The translations under genes and the position numbers were made by a program. Positions 26,158-38,692 of a DNA stretch of 64,000 nucleotides are shown piece by piece. The DNA is from Paragordius varius (taxonomy: Eukaryota; Animalia; Nematomorpha). Within the stretch, counting starts at the first letter, position 1. Each line of letters opens with the position of its first letter. Below the pieces are notes generated by a model. It saw nothing but the letters and a program-made list of their open reading frames with translations, made no database searches and had not been told where the DNA came from. The stretch is from contig OZ176056.1 of assembly GCA_964247055.1 (NCBI GenBank), positions 2,852,001 to 2,916,000 on the forward strand. Reading direction: 5' to 3'.

Positions 26158-28315
26158 CAGGGGCGTACCGATGGGGGGGCAAGGGGATGCATCATGCCCC
26201 GGGCGCCGTTATTTAGGGGCGCCTAAATGATTTTTTTAAATTAAATTTAAATTATGCAAAAATAATAACAACTTTCAAGTAAAATTCTTCAGCAACATAG
26301 GTAATCTGTAAAATAATATCAAAATTATATAAATGAGATCAAGATCAAGCAAAAAACAACTTTCATTATTCCCTTCAACATTTGCAAACTTATTTTTTCG
26401 CTTTAAAAACGTTTCTTTCTCACGCCCATATTGTTAATTCTTTTATTGCCTTTAATTAAATTATTTTAACTTGTCGCTCTGTTGTACACTTGCTGGCTTA
26501 AGTAAACTTACTCAATTTCGTTTAGCTTACAAGTCAACTGCGACTTTTTTATCACCCCACCCCTTATCTCTTTATAATTTATGATTGCATTTCCATTTTA
26601 TACAAATACCCAATTTCATTTATTTAAATCCCCAAGATCAATCCATCTCTAAGGTAGGTTTTATTACTAACATAGCCTTGTTTTTTTTATAATTACATTT
26701 ACTTTCATCATATATTATCTATGTCTAAACTCAGCGGTTACGCAAATAGGAAACGAAAAATCAAGGAAGAGAATAAAACAAATAAAATGCGAATGCGTAT
26801 GAATTCTTATTTAACGAAAATATCTGACCCTAACATTGAAAAAGTGTATGCGACACAAACATAACGGTAATAACTTAAATACACCTGAAACCCTAGTTAT
26901 TGATCCAATAAATAGATATAAAACTACAAATATATCATTGTAATTCCAAGCGCTATACCTACAGAGTTTAATGATGTCGCCTTTTTGTAATAATAATGTC
27001 CCTCCCGTAATATTTAATCAGCTTCACACAATAATGATTCTTCGTGGATCTCAAGTATATCAAAATAAATGCCATCTCTTTGAAATCATCGTTCAATGCC
27101 TCAATCTTGGTTTTTTCGACGTGTAAAAAAAGGATTTGAAGTTGAGAAGTCTTGGCTTTTATATTTACCAAAGAACAGATCTGAGTATTGTTATAAATGC
27201 CTACTTTTTGATCGATCTTATTATATGAAATATTGGCCTGCATAAAATATCTAATCAACCAAAATCTCCCTGAGGCCGTGTTGCAAGTTTAATGTATCTA
27301 GATGACTCAGCACCAAATCCTGGAAATCTCTATCTTTACTAAAATTGCTCATTTTGACACAAATAATGGGAGAACACATGAGAAATATTGAATTTTTTAA
27401 CGCTTTATCCTATGTTTTATTCAAAAAACGAGTTTATACATCTTTTAGCTTCAGGAGTTAAAGCAAAATTGATTAATGACATAAGCAAAGTAAATATTTT
27501 GAACTAATATTTGATTCAACGCCAGATATAGGGCACCGAGAACAAACTCAAGTTGCCAGATAGGTGTTAATTGATTATGAGAAAAAGAAAGTTGTCATAA
27601 AGGAATCCTTTATGGGTTTTTTTCCAGTTATTCAACAAAGTTGCATTGTCGATTGAAAATGTAATTTTAGAAAATTTAAATATGGATAATATTCAGTTAT
27701 CAAATTGTAGATCTCCAATGCTATGATAATGCAGCTGTGATGTCGGGTCACATTTCAGGCGTTTAACAAAGAATTAGGAAATAAAGCAATATTTGTCAAT
27801 TGTTACAATCATTCCTTAAATTTAGTAGGAGTCACGGTACCAAAAAGATGTTATTGTTGTAACGTGTTTGGGACTAATTAAAAATATCCATCTTTTTTAT
27901 TCAACTATTAGATGAGACCTATTAAAAAATAAACTAAAAAACTATTAAGCGTGAGTCTGAAAGCCCGATGGATTGCTAGAATTCAAGCACTTAATGCCAT
28001 TGAGGGAAGAGATGATTTGATAGAGCTCTTAAAGAATTAAGTAAAAATATTTCAAATACTAGTATAACAAGAAGTGAGGCATCCATTTTACTTCAATGTG
28101 TTTTAAATTTTAATTTTTATCATTTTTCTGGCATCAAATATTTGTAATCGATAGGGTTCAACATAGATTGCAAGATCTTAAAATTAATTTTGATAAAGCA
28201 TTTAAGGGCGATATTTTTTTACTAAATTGTTTTATTGATTTTCAAAAAGAGAAGGGGGGAGGGGGCGCCATAAGTGTTTTATGCCCCGGGCGCCGCAAAT
28301 GCTCGTACGCCACTG
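26158..28315 (+). mobile_element. Degenerate hAT element (ZMYM1/DUF4371-like transposase)
   Basis: TIR caggggcgtac / gtacgccactg, TSD gttatgta/gttatgtc. Broken motifs FDSTPDIGHREQ, YDNAAVMSGHISGV, VNCYNHSLNLVG. Confidence 0.9.
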
Positions 28316-30819
28316 GTTATGTCAATTATGGAAGAAAGCAAGTTTAATCATACTTTTTGGAGCGAAAATTTTTAAACTATTTTGGCACCATGAAAAGTTA
28401 TAAGCTAGTCTTAAGCCATAATTAAGACAGAAAAAATGGTTATATTTTTATAGACTAATTTTAAAGCTCATAATCTACAGAACGATCCTTACATTCGAGT
28501 TATTTTATATTTTAGAATCATTATTTTGAAGTGCAATTTTTTATGCGTTTAACACTTAATTACCTTTTAACTTTTTTGTCAAGTTTACTTTTGGTGTGGT
28601 TTATAGCGAACAATATCGTAAATAAATTACAGCTTTGAAAGTTATTTTAAAAATGTATTTTTCAATTGTTCTCATGTATTAGATAAAAAAGCTATTTTTA
28701 CAGTTTTGTGACTTATAGAGCCTAAAATTGGGACAGCTTTAAAACACCATTGAAACGAACAGCTGATATTAAAATCAATAACAAGTTTTTGCTGGTAAAA
28801 TGTAGCCTGAAAGCCTCTTAAAGTTAATTATTTTTATTTTGTAATTTATACATTTGTTTATCCGGTTGCATTAGCGATTTAAATAAAATAAAAAGTGGCA
28901 AAAAAAAGATAAGTTTTTTACATTTAAAAAAAATATATGTTCCTACTAAAGAAAGCATATTAATTCATCTTACCTTAAAAACTTTTTACTATAAAATTTC
29001 AAACTTCGGGATATGGATACCTTAAAAGTTAATGGAGTGTTAGCTCATTCTAATTCTACATATTAATACAAAACATATGATATAATTATGCCTAGGATCG
29101 TCAACGACAATCCAAGGACATAGCATGATTTAGTGTTTTTATACCGCATCTGTTTTTGGCGATTTATATTTTCTAATATTTGTAGCGTAGTAATCCTCTT
29201 GTATCAGACCAATGCTATATGCAAATCAAAAATTTTTTAATTCGCAAAATTATTTCAGAAATACTAATTGCTTATTTTTTTCAATATCGATTTGTAAAAA
29301 TATACCCGACTTATTAACATATTTCATAGGTTTGACACATAAAAATTGATTTATAATAGTATCTAAGAGCATTGCAATTATTGTCGATTATAATTAATTA
29401 AAGACGTTTTAATTTAAATTGTTTTTTTGGTTATTTTTGGTTTCATTGGGTAATTAATGCTTTTACTGCATTTTAACTAAGTATAAATTAGCAAACCACC
29501 GCATAACTTATTTTATACCAAAAATTTCATTGGATTTAAACTATTGCCATTATGGTATAAGGGGTATACTAAACAAAGTTTATACAGTAAAAACTGAAAT
29601 TATACGGTACGTAAAAATATAGACAAATATTTTGCTCTAAAAAACTAACCATATTTTTTTCACATGATTTATTTAAATTAACTCATTGTTTGAAATGGCA
29701 GAGTCTGAAATAGAGATATATATATTACTAACTCAGTCAATTCTATATTTTACAATTGTCACTAAATAGCTTTTATAAGAAAAATTAAAGTTTTAAAAAG
29801 TAGAGTTGTCTTTTAGATAATAATACTTGTCTTTATATTTTACCTCCGTATAATTTCAATTTTTACTGTATTTTACACTAAATTAAAAACTATACAATTC
29901 GCATATGATACGTAATGATGATTGGAACGGTATGGAAACGTATTAATAATATATATATATATAATTCGATGATGTCTATTACCTCAAAATTTTAAACCAA
30001 AAGGTTTGTTTAAAAAAATAATTATATAACATTTGAAGACGAAGTATATTTTAATCCAAATCGAATATAAAATATGTATTTATAATATCTTAGAATGTTT
30101 TTATACCGTTTCCATCCGTCAAAATAGTATTAAGAACGCATCGACTTATCTCTAAAATTTAAATTTTTGAAAAAATTCAATTGAAAATTTAAGTTGATAT
30201 TAATAGCACATATTGAATTTATCGCGCAGTCTTGGCATTTCTTTTATATTAATCTTTTTATGCTATCCAGTTTATTATATATTTTAGGGATATTTTGTAG
30301 AATAAAATAAACCATTAAGCTTTCACCAAAAATCTTTATTTAGCAAAATGAGCTCCAATTTTGTCATTTCTTTATATAATGCATTTACCAAAAAAGTTAA
30401 CGTTCTTAAATCACTGGCAAGAACTGAAACAAAATTAACCATGATAATCCTAATACATTTTCTTATCAGAATATATATATTTCATCAGGATATTTTTTTG
30501 TCGACACTGTGTATATTTATCTACATAATGAAAACGTATTAAATGTTAACCTGGGTAATATAACTACCCCCAAAAATAGAGATAAGTGTCATAAAAATAG
30601 AATCAGATATTATTAACCAAATTTTATACTGATTTAATACACACTTTTTGAGGTAATTTTTTCTACCACAGCCCGATTTATGTTAAACAATTTAAGAGTA
30701 GATCCAATGTTTTATACAAAAATTCTATGATTAGGTCATGATTCATAGAAAAATTAATTTAGATTTTTTGAAAGTTGAAAATTTAACAGTTATGTATTTT
30801 TTTAATTTATTTAGTTTAT

Positions 30820-32900
30820 TTATCTGGACATCCCCTTGAGGGAAAATTAAAAACCAAATAGATGATTTGATAGGACAACAAAAATGGAAAAGGTTCTTCA
30901 TAAATGCTAAAACCAAGAAAAGTTGCGACTGCTCAAGCGATCATATTAATAACAACAATTAAAACGCGCATGCTAAAACCCCGAAAGAATAAAAAAGAAT
31001 ACTAATACAATGTGGAACGAATCCCTTTAGAATATAGGATAGAAGTAAACAATAGAAATTAATTACTAGGTAAGATAGAAATTATTCAGATAACCAATGG
31101 AATAGTATAAAAACAATAATTCACGAAACAGTACAAAAATATTAACCAAAGAAAAAACATTATATAAAAAAGGGTTATTAGATGACTGCATATTAATAAT
31201 TGAAGAAAGAAGAAGAGTCAAGAAAAGTGACTCCAGAGACAGAAAAGGAAGGACCTGGATGAATACTGGAACGAACAATGCATGACTATTGAGGAAGCAA
31301 ACAGAAAAGGCTTAAGTAATCCTCTGTTCCAAACCATCAGAAATATAACAAATCAATACCAACTTCCAAACATTAAAATTAAGGATGACGACGGAAATAG
31401 AAACTAAAGATGGGAAATTACACTAAACAGCTATATACTGCACGCCCAGGTACAACGATAGACAATATATATGGGGATGATGAGTTATGTATACTTGAAA
31501 CAGAGGTAGTAAAGGCTTTAAACGATACCAATAAAAGCCTGGGGAATAGACAATATTTTCTTGGAATTAAAAAGAGATATACAGATTTGAGTTTTACATA
31601 GATTGTGTCAGGATGTATGGGAGTCAGGTTGGCCAAAAGACTGGCAAACTTTACTGTTTATCCCAGTCTTTAAAAGAGAGATAAATCAAATTGCGAGAAC
31701 TATAAAAACATAGCTCTCATTAGTCATGCAATTAAAATTTAATTTTATTAAGGATCATCCAGAACAGACTACACCAAGTGATAGCCAGGGAGATTCCAGA
31801 TGTTAGGTTTTATGAAGGGAGTAGCACAAGAGATCACATCTCTAACATGAGACGCATAATTGAAACTTTTAAAAATTTCAAGTAAAGTTACTAATATGTT
31901 GTATTGATTATACCCAAGCTTTTGACTCGATTAACCATGTCCATTTATGGCGAATTTGGAATGGGAGTTATAGCAAAGCTTAAAACCTTGCTCAAAAATT
32001 TGTATGAAAACCAAAAAGCCCTAATACAAACCCCGGTAAGCAGAACCAACGAAATTTTAATACAGAAAGGTGTTAGACAAGGATGTTGCCTATCATCATA
32101 CTTGTTTAATATTTGTAGAGAAATGATCATGAGAAAAATAGATGCAGCTACTAAAAGCCTGAGGATAGGAGGGCGAATGATTAACAATCTAAGCCCAGAT
32201 GACACGACGCTGATCGCAGATAATGTAGAATGTTTAGAGATTACGATAAGATTAGTAAGAGAAGAAAGCAAAAGATATGGATTAAACCTCATTCTTAAGA
32301 AAACCAAAGTTATGAGTTTATTAGAAAATAAACCGAATATAACCATGAAGACACCCGAGAGATGCAGTAAATCAAATTCTATTAGGCTCTTTAATAGATA
32401 TAAACGGCTCCTCCACGCCAGATATTAAACGCCGCATAGCATTAGGGAAGTCAGCTGCAAACAATTTGACTAAACTATGGAAAAATATAGATTTCAATAT
32501 GAAAACCAAAAAGAGAGTAATGAAATGCATGGTTATTCCGGTAGCATCTTATGCTGTTGAAGGTCAGAATGATAAATAAAGGATTGCAGCATTTGAAATG
32601 TGAGGAAAGTATTAAATATTACATGGTCAGAAAAGGCTAATTATATAACAGTAAGAGAAAAATTAAATATTAGGAGTCACTTAATGGAAGCTATAATAAA
32701 AAGAAGGTTAACGTACATTGGTCACATTTTAAAAAGTACATCTCTTGAGAAGGATTTTGGAAAAGTTGAAGGGTAAAGAAAAAAATAAAGACCAATGTTA
32801 AGATGATACTGTCAAGAAGGAGTCTGGTAGATGTATAAAAGTTGAAAGATATTGCATGGGAAGGAGACAAGTGGAAATAATTTGTCATTTTAATTTCCAA
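30820..32900 (+). mobile_element. 5'-truncated, decayed RTE-clade LINE
   Basis: Endonuclease tail WTSP...NQID; RT motifs KGVRQGCCLS..LFN, IGGRMINNLSPDD (degenerate YADD); C-terminal RIAAFEM and LEK..GKVEG. Confidence 0.9.
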
Positions 32901-33033
32901 GGTTGAACTCGATTTAGGAATTAACTACCCAGCTAGTTTATCTATAATACTATTTAAATTATTAGCCTACTAGTTTCGACTTTAATAGAGAAACATATTC
33001 CAAAATGGATATCTAAGTTTTTAAACCTTAAAC

Positions 33034-35038
33034 CAGGGGTTTCCAACACAAATAGCTTTAGGGGACATTGGATCAAAAAATCCAGCGGGCTGCATTCGCA
33101 AAATATATATGTGTGTGGATAGATTTGAATACATCAGTTAGCTAACCTTAGACTAGATAAATTTATATATCAGTTTTGAATACATTTTTGATGACCTTTT
33201 ATCTTTGAAATAAACTATTGTATCAATTTTGTTTTTAACCTGCACACGTTATTTTACTTTGGTTTAACATGTGAATAATATCACAAAAAGTATATAAACA
33301 TCGCTATATAGTTTAGTTTTTGTATTTTATCTCAATAAATATTCTTGTTTTACGGTTTCTCGAGTCACCACATTTGGCGCGGTCGTTTTATATCATTACA
33401 TTCGCGCATGGAGATTCTAAAGCATATGATCCCGCAACTAGCTTTGATGACTATATCGATTATATAAATAGAATGTTAACTGTGAAATTAAATTAAGGAG
33501 ATGACGAAACAAAAAAACTTGATATTGGCCTACATCAGTCTATCCCATATTGCAAAGTTGAAGAAGTTCTTTCCCGTATTGTTAGAAGTGGGGTGGGATG
33601 CTTTGGTAGCAGCTGGAAAAAAAATATTTGCTCCGACATACAATGTGTTTGCAGCCAGGTTCCAGTTTATGCAAATCCGGAGGAAAGCCACGGAATCAGT
33701 GATGGATTATTTGATTCGGATAAAGGAATGTGCTGCCCGGTGCAACTTTGGGCAAGATACAATGCTAAGAATCAAGATTGGTTTGTTGGAGGATTTGAAC
33801 TCAAAAGATTGGAAATAGATCTGTTCACGAAATTTCCAGATATGTACGATGGGAAACCTATTACGTTGGAGATGGTGGTAGAAATGGCAATGGCGCAGAA
33901 AAGGCGGATTGTTTGATTGAATAGGGTTTTGACAATAAACAGGTGATGGTAATAAAAAATAAGTGTGAAAAATGTGGGTACGTCCATGCGATCAACTGGT
34001 GTCCCGCAAAGTGATAGTTAAGAAGATAATAATATTCGCATATGTGGTATTTTTAGAGTTATTGTTAACCCAAGTCAGGTTCCTGTCGATCATTTGATTC
34101 CAACGTTAGATCATTTAGTGTTTAAAATCGGGCAGGAAATAGTTTTAACGACCTTAGAAATAAAAGAAGCTTACTGGCAATAGCCCATCCACCTCTTGAG
34201 TTAGAAAAACACCCTCATAACAATTAGAGGACGACATAATACCCAATCAAGTTGTTACACCGGACGAAGAAGTGTACATAAAGAATGAAATCGATTCGGG
34301 GTGGAGCAAAGGTTCAATTTTGGAGAGAACAGGGGTAGTCTCGTACACGGTTAAAGATGGAAATCGAACCCTTCGCAATCCTGCTGATCAATTACGGCCG
34401 ACCGGTGTCGAGAACGGCGGAGAGGGGGATAATAATTTAACGATAAACCAAACAGATGAATGTATTACAACCAATGATCGGGAGGTGGGGGAGGAACAAA
34501 ACAAAGAAAAAGAAAACGAGAAAGACACCCAAGTTGAAATGAAAACGGATCGGCTCGGATTCGGATAATGAGATATGATAGATTTGAACATCAGTTAGCT
34601 AACCTAAGACTAGATAAATTTATATATTAGTTTTGAATTCATTTTTGATGACCGTTTATATTTAAATTAAACTATTTTATCAATTTTGAATTTAACCTGC
34701 ACACGTTATTTTTCCTTGGTTTAACATGCAAATATTATATCCAAAAAAAGTATATAAACATCGCTTATATAGTTTAGTTTTTGTATTTTATCTCAATAAA
34801 TATTCTTGTTTTACGGTTTCTCGAGTCACCACAATGTTTTAACAAATATTATAACAGATTAAAACATATGACATGTGGTACTAACAATTTTTGCTAGTTC
34901 AACGCCGAAATTCGGGAAGATTTATTCAAAATATTTGTTAGAGAAAATTAATTTACTAAAATCTAGTATTTAAAATTCGCTAGCCGCAGAAATTTTTTGG
35001 AAAGCCGCATCGGCTCGCAAGCGTGTTAAACACCCCTC
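33034..35038. mobile_element. hAT-type MITE split by the LTR element
   Basis: caggggtttccaacac at 33034 and gtgttaaacacccctc at 35023-35038. No clear TSD. Confidence 0.45.
33114..34833 (+). mobile_element. Internally deleted Mag-like Gypsy LTR element (1.7 kb)
   Basis: LTRs 33114-33371 and 34576-34833 (TGTGG...CCACA), PBS TTTGGCGCGGTCG, TSD atgtg/atgtt. Contains gag, knuckle CEKCGYVH..WCPA, an RT fragment (NIRICG) and an integrase C-terminus. Confidence 0.85.
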
Positions 35039-36028
35039 ATTTAATCAGATCGTCTCAGTTTTAATAGATGGTCCGTGTTTATTATGGCAATTTCAACATA
35101 GCATTTATTATAAAGTATACGGAGAAAACTACTATCTCGAAATTATTATCGTTATGATAAAGATAGACTTTGTATTTTAAAAACAAATGTAAATACAGAC
35201 TGCATGAATTGTGTTTCAAGGCGTATGACTTCAAGAGTTGAGCAAGTATAAATGGTAAATTATAAGAATTAAATATTATTGGTTTCTTTTAATTATTTTC
35301 GAATCACCGCAATTTAAGTACCGCCGGCGCACATTGCAAAAAGCCATCCGCCAAGTTAAATAATTTAGAAAAGTGTATATAACTTATATTAAGTAGACTG
35401 CTATCATATTATCTGATTATTACGTATTTAAAAATATATAAAAAATAAATTAAATTTTTTATACTTTTTAAATATGGAAATATGTAAATGCAACTAAACT
35501 ATCCCAATTTGAATCGAAGGACTGAAATGAATGTGTTGCATCCAAGTGTTAACTATACCAGGTTTATTTAAACAATATAATAAATACAATTGTTTTTTTA
35601 TTTTTTTTATATAATCAATATACACAAAACAAGCAATCAATAGGTTATCTAATTTTATGTGTGAGAGGTCTAGTGCCAGCCTTTTTTTCGTAAAACATCC
35701 TAATCAAATCATAAAAATTTGTTATTATATACATTGAAAATAACATTAACTCAAATGATAGCTAAAAATATTTGGTATGGTAATTGAACTCTAAACACGA
35801 ACTAATTAACAAGAAAAAAGTTAAGTATTCTTAGTATTTAGATTGTTATATACCAAGGTGTAATAAAAAATTTATCATAAAAGGCAAGATAAAAATAATA
35901 ACAATATAATTTTTAGAGATACAAAATTGAACTGCCCTCATCATTTATTAGATTTCCTATTATATTTGTCAGTTATACCTCCCTTTAACAATTATAACTT
36001 GGAATTTTCTTTTTTTATTTCAATTGAT

Positions 36029-36098
36029 ATGACCAGCATTATGAAATATATTTGGATATTATTATGCTTTACATTGCTATATGGTCAATCAGTTACAG
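36029..36098 (+). CDS. Signal-peptide exon, first copy (MTSIMKYIWILLCFTLLYGQSVT)
   Basis: ATG, hydrophobic core and phase-1 donor ACA G|gtaatt, matching the phase-1 acceptors downstream. Confidence 0.65.
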
Positions 36099-37240
36099 GT
36101 AATTAAATTTTTATGATATATTTGATCGGGTAACTGATTCCTATGCTATTTTATCTAATAAGTTAATTTTTGAATGTATCATAATAATAAAAAAGTTGAA
36201 ATAATTTGACCATTTTATGGCTACATTCCTAAAAAAATATTCATAAGGAAATAATCCAAATAATTGTTGTAAATTAAAATAAGTTTAAATATGATCCCTT
36301 TTACGACTACCCCTGTCGCCTATTCATTATACTAAATTTGGTTGTTAGCGAAATTTTCGGGATGAGTTGGCCTAATTTCAAGCAAAAAAAATCAAGCCAA
36401 TTTTTATCCATTAATACAATTTAGAGAAATTCGACAACTTGTTTGGAATCGAATTACTGCAGCTTTTACAACATATTCTTTAATAGCGTTAAATTCTCAT
36501 TATATTGATAATATAATGATTTATCAATATATATTACAATTTCCTAGTTTTTTGCGTAAGATTATTTAGATAAATCTTACTTTGTTTAGTCGTTGTTGAT
36601 TTTGAGATTCAAATAAGTTGTTAAACACTATGGGTTAGTTATTAATTTATGATTGCCAACTTTGTGTTATTTTCCGATTCTCATTAACAATTGTCCAAAT
36701 ATCATTTGATTCCAACGTTAGATCATTTAGTGTTTAAAATCGGGCAGGAAATAGTTTTAACGACCTTAGAAATAAAAGAAGCTTACTGGCAATAGCCCAT
36801 CCACCTCTTGAGTTAGAAAAACACCCTCATAACAATTAGAGGACGACATAATACCCAATAAGTCTTTACACCGGACGAAGAAGTGTACATAAAGAATGAA
36901 ATCGATTCGGGGTGGAGCAAAGGTTCAATTTTGGAGAGAACAGGGGTAGTCTCGTACACGGTTAAAGATGGAAATCGAACCCTTCGCAATCCTGCTGATC
37001 AATTACGGCCGACCGGTGTCGAGAACGGCGGAGAGGGGGATAATAATTTAACGATAAACCAAACAGATGAATGTATTACAACCAATGATCGGGAGTTGGG
37101 GAGGAACAAAGCAAAGAAAAAGAAAACGAGAAAGACACCCAAGTTGAAATGAAAACGGAAAAGACAACTGAAAAAGAACCGGAGAAAGGATATCCTCTTA
37201 GGGAAAGAAAAGCATCGGCTCGGATTCGGATAATGAGATA

Positions 37241-37498
37241 TGATAGATTTGCACATCAGTTAGCTAACCTAAGACTAGATAAATTTATATATTAGTTTTG
37301 AATTCATTTTTGATGACCGTTTATATTTAAATTAAACTATTTTATCAATTTTGAATTTAACCTGCACACGTTATTTTTCCTTGGTTTAACATGCAAATAT
37401 TATATCCAAAAAAAGTATATAAACATCGCTTATATAGTTTAGTTTTTGTATTTTATCTCAATAAATATTCTTGTTTTACGGTTTCTCGAGTCACCACA
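37241..37498 (+). repeat. Third LTR copy created by the tandem duplication
   Basis: Near-identical to 34576-34833. Confidence 0.9.
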
Positions 37499-38692
37499 AT
37501 GTTTTAACAAATATTATAACAGATTAAAACATATGACATGTGGTACTAACAATTTTTGCTAGTTCAACGCCGAAATTCGGGAAGATTTATTCAAAATATT
37601 TGTTAGAGAAAATTAATTTACTAAAATCTAGTATTTAAAATTCGCTAGCCGCAGAAATTTTTTGGAAAGCCGCATCGGCTCGCAAGCGTGTTAAACACCC
37701 CTCATTTAATCAGATCGTCTCAGTTTTAATAGATGGTCCGTGTTTATTATGGCAATTTCAACATAGCATTTATTATAAAGTATACGGAGAAAACTACTAT
37801 CTCGAAATTATTATCGTTATGATAAAGATAGACTTTGTATTTTAAAAACAAATGTAAATACAGACTGCATGAATTGTGTTTCAAGGCGTATGACTTCAAG
37901 AGTTGAGCAAGTATAAATGGTAAATTATAAGAATTAAATATTATTGGTTTCTTTTAATTATTTTCGAATCACCGCAATTTAAGTACCGCCGGCGCACATT
38001 GCAAAAAGCCATCCGCCAAGTTAACTAATTTAGAAAAGTGTATATAACTTATATTAAGTAGACTGCTATCATATTATCTGATTATTACGTATTTAAAAAT
38101 ATATAAAAAATAAATTAAATTTTTTATACTTTTTAAATATGGAAATATGTAAATGCAACTAAACTATCCCAATTTGAATCGAAGGACTGAAATGAATGTG
38201 TTGCATCCAAGTGTTAACTATACCAGGTTTATTTAAACAATATAATAAATACAATTGTTTTTTTATTTTTTTATATAATCAATATACACAAAACAAGCAA
38301 TCAATAGGTTATCTAATTTTATGTGTGAGAGGTCTAGTGCCAGCCTTTTTTTCGTAAAACATCCTAATCAAATCATAAAAATTTGTTATTATATACATTG
38401 AAAATAACATTAACTCAAATGATAGCTAAAAATATTTGGTATGGTAATTGAACTCTAAACACGAACTAATTAACAAGAAAAAAGTTAAGTATTCTTAGTA
38501 TTTAGATTGTTATATACCAAGGTGTAATAAAAAATTTATCATAAAAGGCAAGATAAAAATAATAACAAAATAATTTTTAGAGATACAAAATTGAACTGCC
38601 CTCATCATTTATTAGATTTCCTATTATATTTGTCAGTTATACCTCCCTTTAACAATTATAACTTGGAATTTTCTTTTTTTATTTCAATTGAT

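Noticed and set aside
10629-28315. Composite transposon carrying the serpins
   Set aside because: The outer termini are both 3' ends, each element has its own TSD and there is no shared outer TSD.
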